From Zygophlyctis sp. KS116 (taxonomy: Eukaryota > Fungi > Chytridiomycota), in contig BAAFSQ010000156.1 in NCBI GenBank assembly GCA_054661495.1, positions 1 through 23,187 of the forward strand: 23,187 nt of DNA, written 5' to 3'. Position 1 is the first letter of the stretch. The number at the start of each line of letters is the position of its first letter. Shown here piece by piece: positions 19,650 through 23,187 of this stretch. The position numbers and the translations under genes are program-made. The notes beneath the pieces were generated by a model, which did no database searches, was not told the DNA's origin, and saw only the letters and a program-made list of their open reading frames with translations.

Positions 19650-20570
19650 TATTCTGGAATTAGATGCCACTTTTCAAACGAATGCGCTGAAACAAAACAA
19701 ATAGAAGGTCTCGTGACAACAGTCACTCTCCCGTCCTCGGATGATAAGTGGGATTAGGAGTTCACTGATTATGATAGCTCCAATATATTCAACAGATTTA
19801 GAAACTCAAACAGATTCTTGAGATTTAGAAACTTCATCAGATTCAACAGATTTAGAAACTCCAACAGATTCAACAGATTCATCAGAACGTAATAGTCAAG
19901 GGGGTAAAAAATTGCTTCGCGAATACTCACGATCCCCACGTCAAATTTATTACCTGCTGGTTTTCAGAAGAAGAATTAACCATCAGATGTGGCGTATTGC
20001 TTTATCTAGCTGAGAAAGTCCAATTTTCAACTTACTAACAAAACTATGCGTTTTTAAATGTAACCCTAACTAACAACTAACATGTTAACTGCTAAGGGCT
20101 ATTCTTCCAGTGGTGGGCATATATACCCTATAGCCGGTTCTATCGTAGCCCATAAATATACCCAGCTCTGATTTTGAGCCTAATTTAGTGCGTCGTTGTT
20201 TGATAATATAGATGAATGCCAGGCACCCGAAAGGGTGTAATTTCTTATAAGATGGTTTCTCCCCATACCAGATCTCAAAGGCACTCTTAAACGTTTCCGG
20301 TTCGAATTCTCTCGGAATCATATTGATGTTAAAGGCGCTGTAAAGTATGGCTTCATCCCCAAAATCTTCAGGTAGACCACTTAAAAGAAGATTTGTCCGT
20401 GCTAGCTCCACAAGTACTTGTTTATACCGTTCTGCCAGATAATTTAACTCAGGTGTGTATCCATGAGTTTCTAATACTTCGGTTCCATCAGCTTCTAAAG
20501 TATCTTTAAATTCTGCATTGATAAATTCTTTCCCCGAATCAAATCTGATAGCTTTCTTACGGATACGTGT
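19650..20570 (-). mobile_element. Ty1/Copia integrase core, SH3 region and downstream linker, degenerate
   Basis: AIRFDSGKEF, YTPELNYLAER, ARTNLLLSGLP, AFEIWYGEKPSYKKLHPFGC, KLGSKSELGIFMGY...GYRVY. Confidence 0.9.
19787..19887. repeat. Minisatellite of 9-bp units (ACAGATTCA/ACAGATTTA/GAAACTCCA) with a 27-bp higher-order period
   Basis: Read directly. The minus strand encodes an S/E/V-rich tract (SDESVESVGVSKSVESDEVSKSQES) in the Copia IN-RT linker position. Confidence 0.85.
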
Positions 20571-20879
20571 TTGAAATAGTTGGTCTGCTGGTTCATTTCC
20601 CTAAAAAAACTTCAATCTGTTGATGCATATTATGGAAAGAAGTCTACATATCAAATTTGAAGTTGATTGGTCACCTTTTGACTTCTTGGCGCGAACATGA
20701 AGTTATTTTAAAAAGTGGCACCGCCAAAGTTGTGTTCCGTTGTACTCATAAACTTTTTGACTAAACGATCAGCTTCTCAGACTTTCAATTTAACATAAAA
20801 TAAAATTTGGGGCTAAATCATCAATTTCTGAATGGGATTCTTATTACCAGATGGGTTAGGTCACCCACCAACAGCAATT

Positions 20880-21900
20880 AGAGTACACTAATCAGTACCT
20901 CTGCGTGGATTCTTGACTCAGGAGCCACGCAACACATGTTCCATGATCGCTCCCTATTCTCAGAAATCTTACCTTTTAACTCATATATTCTTATAGCAGA
21001 TGGAAAAACAATTCACTCAAAAGGAATTGCGACTGCAACCTACCAGTATGGTTCACACTCACTTCACCTGGAAAACTACTCTACTGCCCTTAAAAAAATT
21101 TATTACAAGTTCCTAGTGTCACTAATATAGGATATATTGCCTCTTTTGAAAATGCTGAGTGCATACTCCGTAAGAAAGGAATAAAAATCAGTGTCCCTCG
21201 CCTTGAAAACTTTGACGTGTTAAATGGCAAAGTGTCCTCCGCTCTCACCACTAAAAAAAACCTCCCCCCTAAATGAACAGCATCTTCGCTTTCAACTGGA
21301 ATCTGTGCATAGTCTGCCAGATTTCACGACGACAACTATCCCCGACTGCTACGCTGACCTGCATTATTGGAAAATCATAAAGAAAACCGTTCCCCAACTA
21401 TTCTACTCGATCATACTGTTCTGTGTGTGAACTCATTTCCTCCGACATATGTGGACCCTTGGCCCCTTCAAATCAAGATTTTAAATACTTTGTCACCTTT
21501 ACTTACTCGTTCGAAAGATTCTAGTTCGTTTTCTTCCTCAAAAACAAATCCTCGATTTCTATTAAGAAGTTCATAACAAGATTCAAACTATAACTGGAAA
21601 AACTCTCACCATGTTACGAACTGATAATGGGAGAGAATATGTTAATAAGTTTTTTGAATCATACTGGAAAATACATGGCATCACGCATGAGAGAACTGCC
21701 CCATTTCCAGCTTAAAATGCAACAAAGCCGATTGAAATAGAAGTTAGTTTTCCGAACTTCAATTAATCACTTACATTCTTACCTCCTATCACCCCGCCGG
21801 CAACTGTCGAACAAACATTGCATGATCATACTACTTTCTCTAATGCAATTGTTTCCCCACTCTTGAATTTGATGAATCGATTCACCTCTCTCTCCGATTC
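20880..21900 (+). mobile_element. Degenerate Ty1/Copia protease, pre-integrase and integrase fragment
   Basis: DSGATQHMFHDRSLF...IADGKTIHSKGIA; MLRTDNGREYVNKFF...GITHERTAP. Many indels. Confidence 0.85.
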
Positions 21901-21939
21901 ATCAGATATCAATTCCAGGAATTGCTAAATTTTCAATGA

Positions 21940-22735
21940 GTCGTAAAGTTAAGTTCAGATTTGTTGGAGTTGAAGAATCAGGGCTGAGGTAAATTTGGTT
22001 CAACCCCATAAAGATTAGAGAAAGGAGAATGACTGGTAGATGTAGTGACACGAGATCGAATACTAAGGATAATTGATGGGAGTAGTGTTCCCAATTTTGG
22101 TGTACCGAGCAAGTCAATTGTTGAACGACAGTTCCACACAGTTTCTCAGCTAGACCATTTAAACTAAAGGATCTAATGTTATTTGCTACATTTCTTTCAA
22201 TTTGGTTTGTTTTCTTCTTTAAAGTAGTTGGTGCTGATAACGCCAATATCATTTTGCTCTGGACGCTAGCTCGTTGATAAGAATTCCGTGATAAGTTCTA
22301 ACAAATAAAGTTCAATGTATTTCAATTGAGCACTTTATTAATTCCTCTTAAGAAAGAGATACATGAATGACGTATGGTCTAGTAAATCTTCCTAAATAGT
22401 GATCAATCAGGATGTTCTATCATCAATCATCAGCTTATAAAGTGCAGCCTCTAATTCTCACTTAACAAGAACAATGTTTCGAAGCCGTTAATCTCCACGA
22501 CATGCAAAACTTCTTCAGACACGTTGGGCATTTAGTAAATGAATCTTTATATCTTTGGCGATCGAATCAGCCGTATGAGACTGGCTCCTCGTATTAACTC
22601 TTCTACAATAAGGCAAAATAGTCAGCGGCTAAATTGCTTTTACCATTTCTATGTTTGATTTCAATCTCGGACTTTAATATTTGTAAATAAAGCCTGTTTT
22701 GAGATAAGTAAAATTCACTGTAATATACCTGAAAA
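21940..22735 (-). mobile_element. Highly degenerate Ty3/Gypsy RNase H end and integrase
   Basis: EIEIKHRNGKSNLAAD; KCPTCLK; NGLAEKLCGTVV...NW; LLPSIILSIRSRVTTSTSHSPFSNLYGVEPNLP, spread over several frames. Confidence 0.7.
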
Positions 22736-22739
22736 AATA

Positions 22740-23187
22740 CAGCTATCATCTGTGTCTCTACTTAACTTTGTATTCACTGGACAAAAAAAGCAACATTCTG
22801 GAATGTTTTACCATAAATCGATAGAGCAAAGCTAATAAGTCCCTGGAGACTGACCGCCGATAAATCCCCAGCTTCAATAGGAGGAGAGAAATTTAAGAGG
22901 AAAGATTCTTGTTTATAAGTTAAGAGGAAAGATTCTTGTTTATAAGTACAGCGAAAATGGCAAAGAAGTGCTCTGAGCCATCAGACCACACATTTATCAT
23001 CAATCGAAACTTTTCAGGGAGCAGTTTAGAGATTTCCATTTCAACTAATTTTGTGAGACCACATATACTTCTTGAAAGTTTTGACAGTTTAGAAATCTCG
23101 AACATTTTCATCATCACACTACACAAATGGCAAGCCTTTTAGTATTATAAACTTAAGCCACGTCCGGACATTTTATAGTCCTTGTGG
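22740..23187 (-). mobile_element. Degenerate hAT-like transposase fragment (same type as 17690-18200), runs off the window
   Basis: LPFV.., LTKLVEMEISKLLPEKFRLMINVWSDGSEHFFAIFA (catalytic D.W decayed), DLSAVS...ALSIYGK. Confidence 0.75.
22894..22947. repeat. Perfect 27-bp tandem duplication
   Basis: taagaggaaagattcttgtttataagt at 22894-22920 and 22921-22947. Confidence 0.95.

Noticed and set aside
19787-19887. Minisatellite as a CRISPR-like array
   Set aside because: Contiguous 9-bp units coding a low-complexity Copia linker; there are no spacers.
16950-20080. Scattered CCTAACCTAACC / AACCCTAAC stretches (~16955, ~18508, ~20061) as interstitial telomeres
   Set aside because: Each has only 1-2 units; such runs are common in TE sequence and by chance.

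Overview
AT-rich eukaryotic DNA with very short (23-32 nt) GT-AG introns. An early-diverging, chytrid-like fungus is my inference, not something the sequence proves. The window has two halves. Bases 1-7750 are a very compact block of intact genes: a 4-exon coiled-coil protein, two tandem ceramide synthases (identical over a 705-nt 5' tract, diverged at the 3' end), a head-to-head uricase / ureidoglycolate lyase pair 73 bp apart, and V-ATPase subunit E and YKT6 with overlapping stop codons. Bases ~7750-23187 are a mosaic of short, broken transposon fragments (Ty3/Gypsy, Ty1/Copia, several hAT families) with no complete element. The most novel-looking item is at the border: a Pif1-like helicase remnant and a divergent intron-bearing gene whose C-terminus resembles phage T7 gp2.5/DUF2815-type ssDNA-binding proteins. 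A Gypsy fragment separates them, and they are followed by a hidden 3-exon 97-aa ORF and an AAACCC-rich hairpin. This may be the relic of an uncharacterised self-replicating DNA element. All family calls come from motif recognition by eye; no searches were run.
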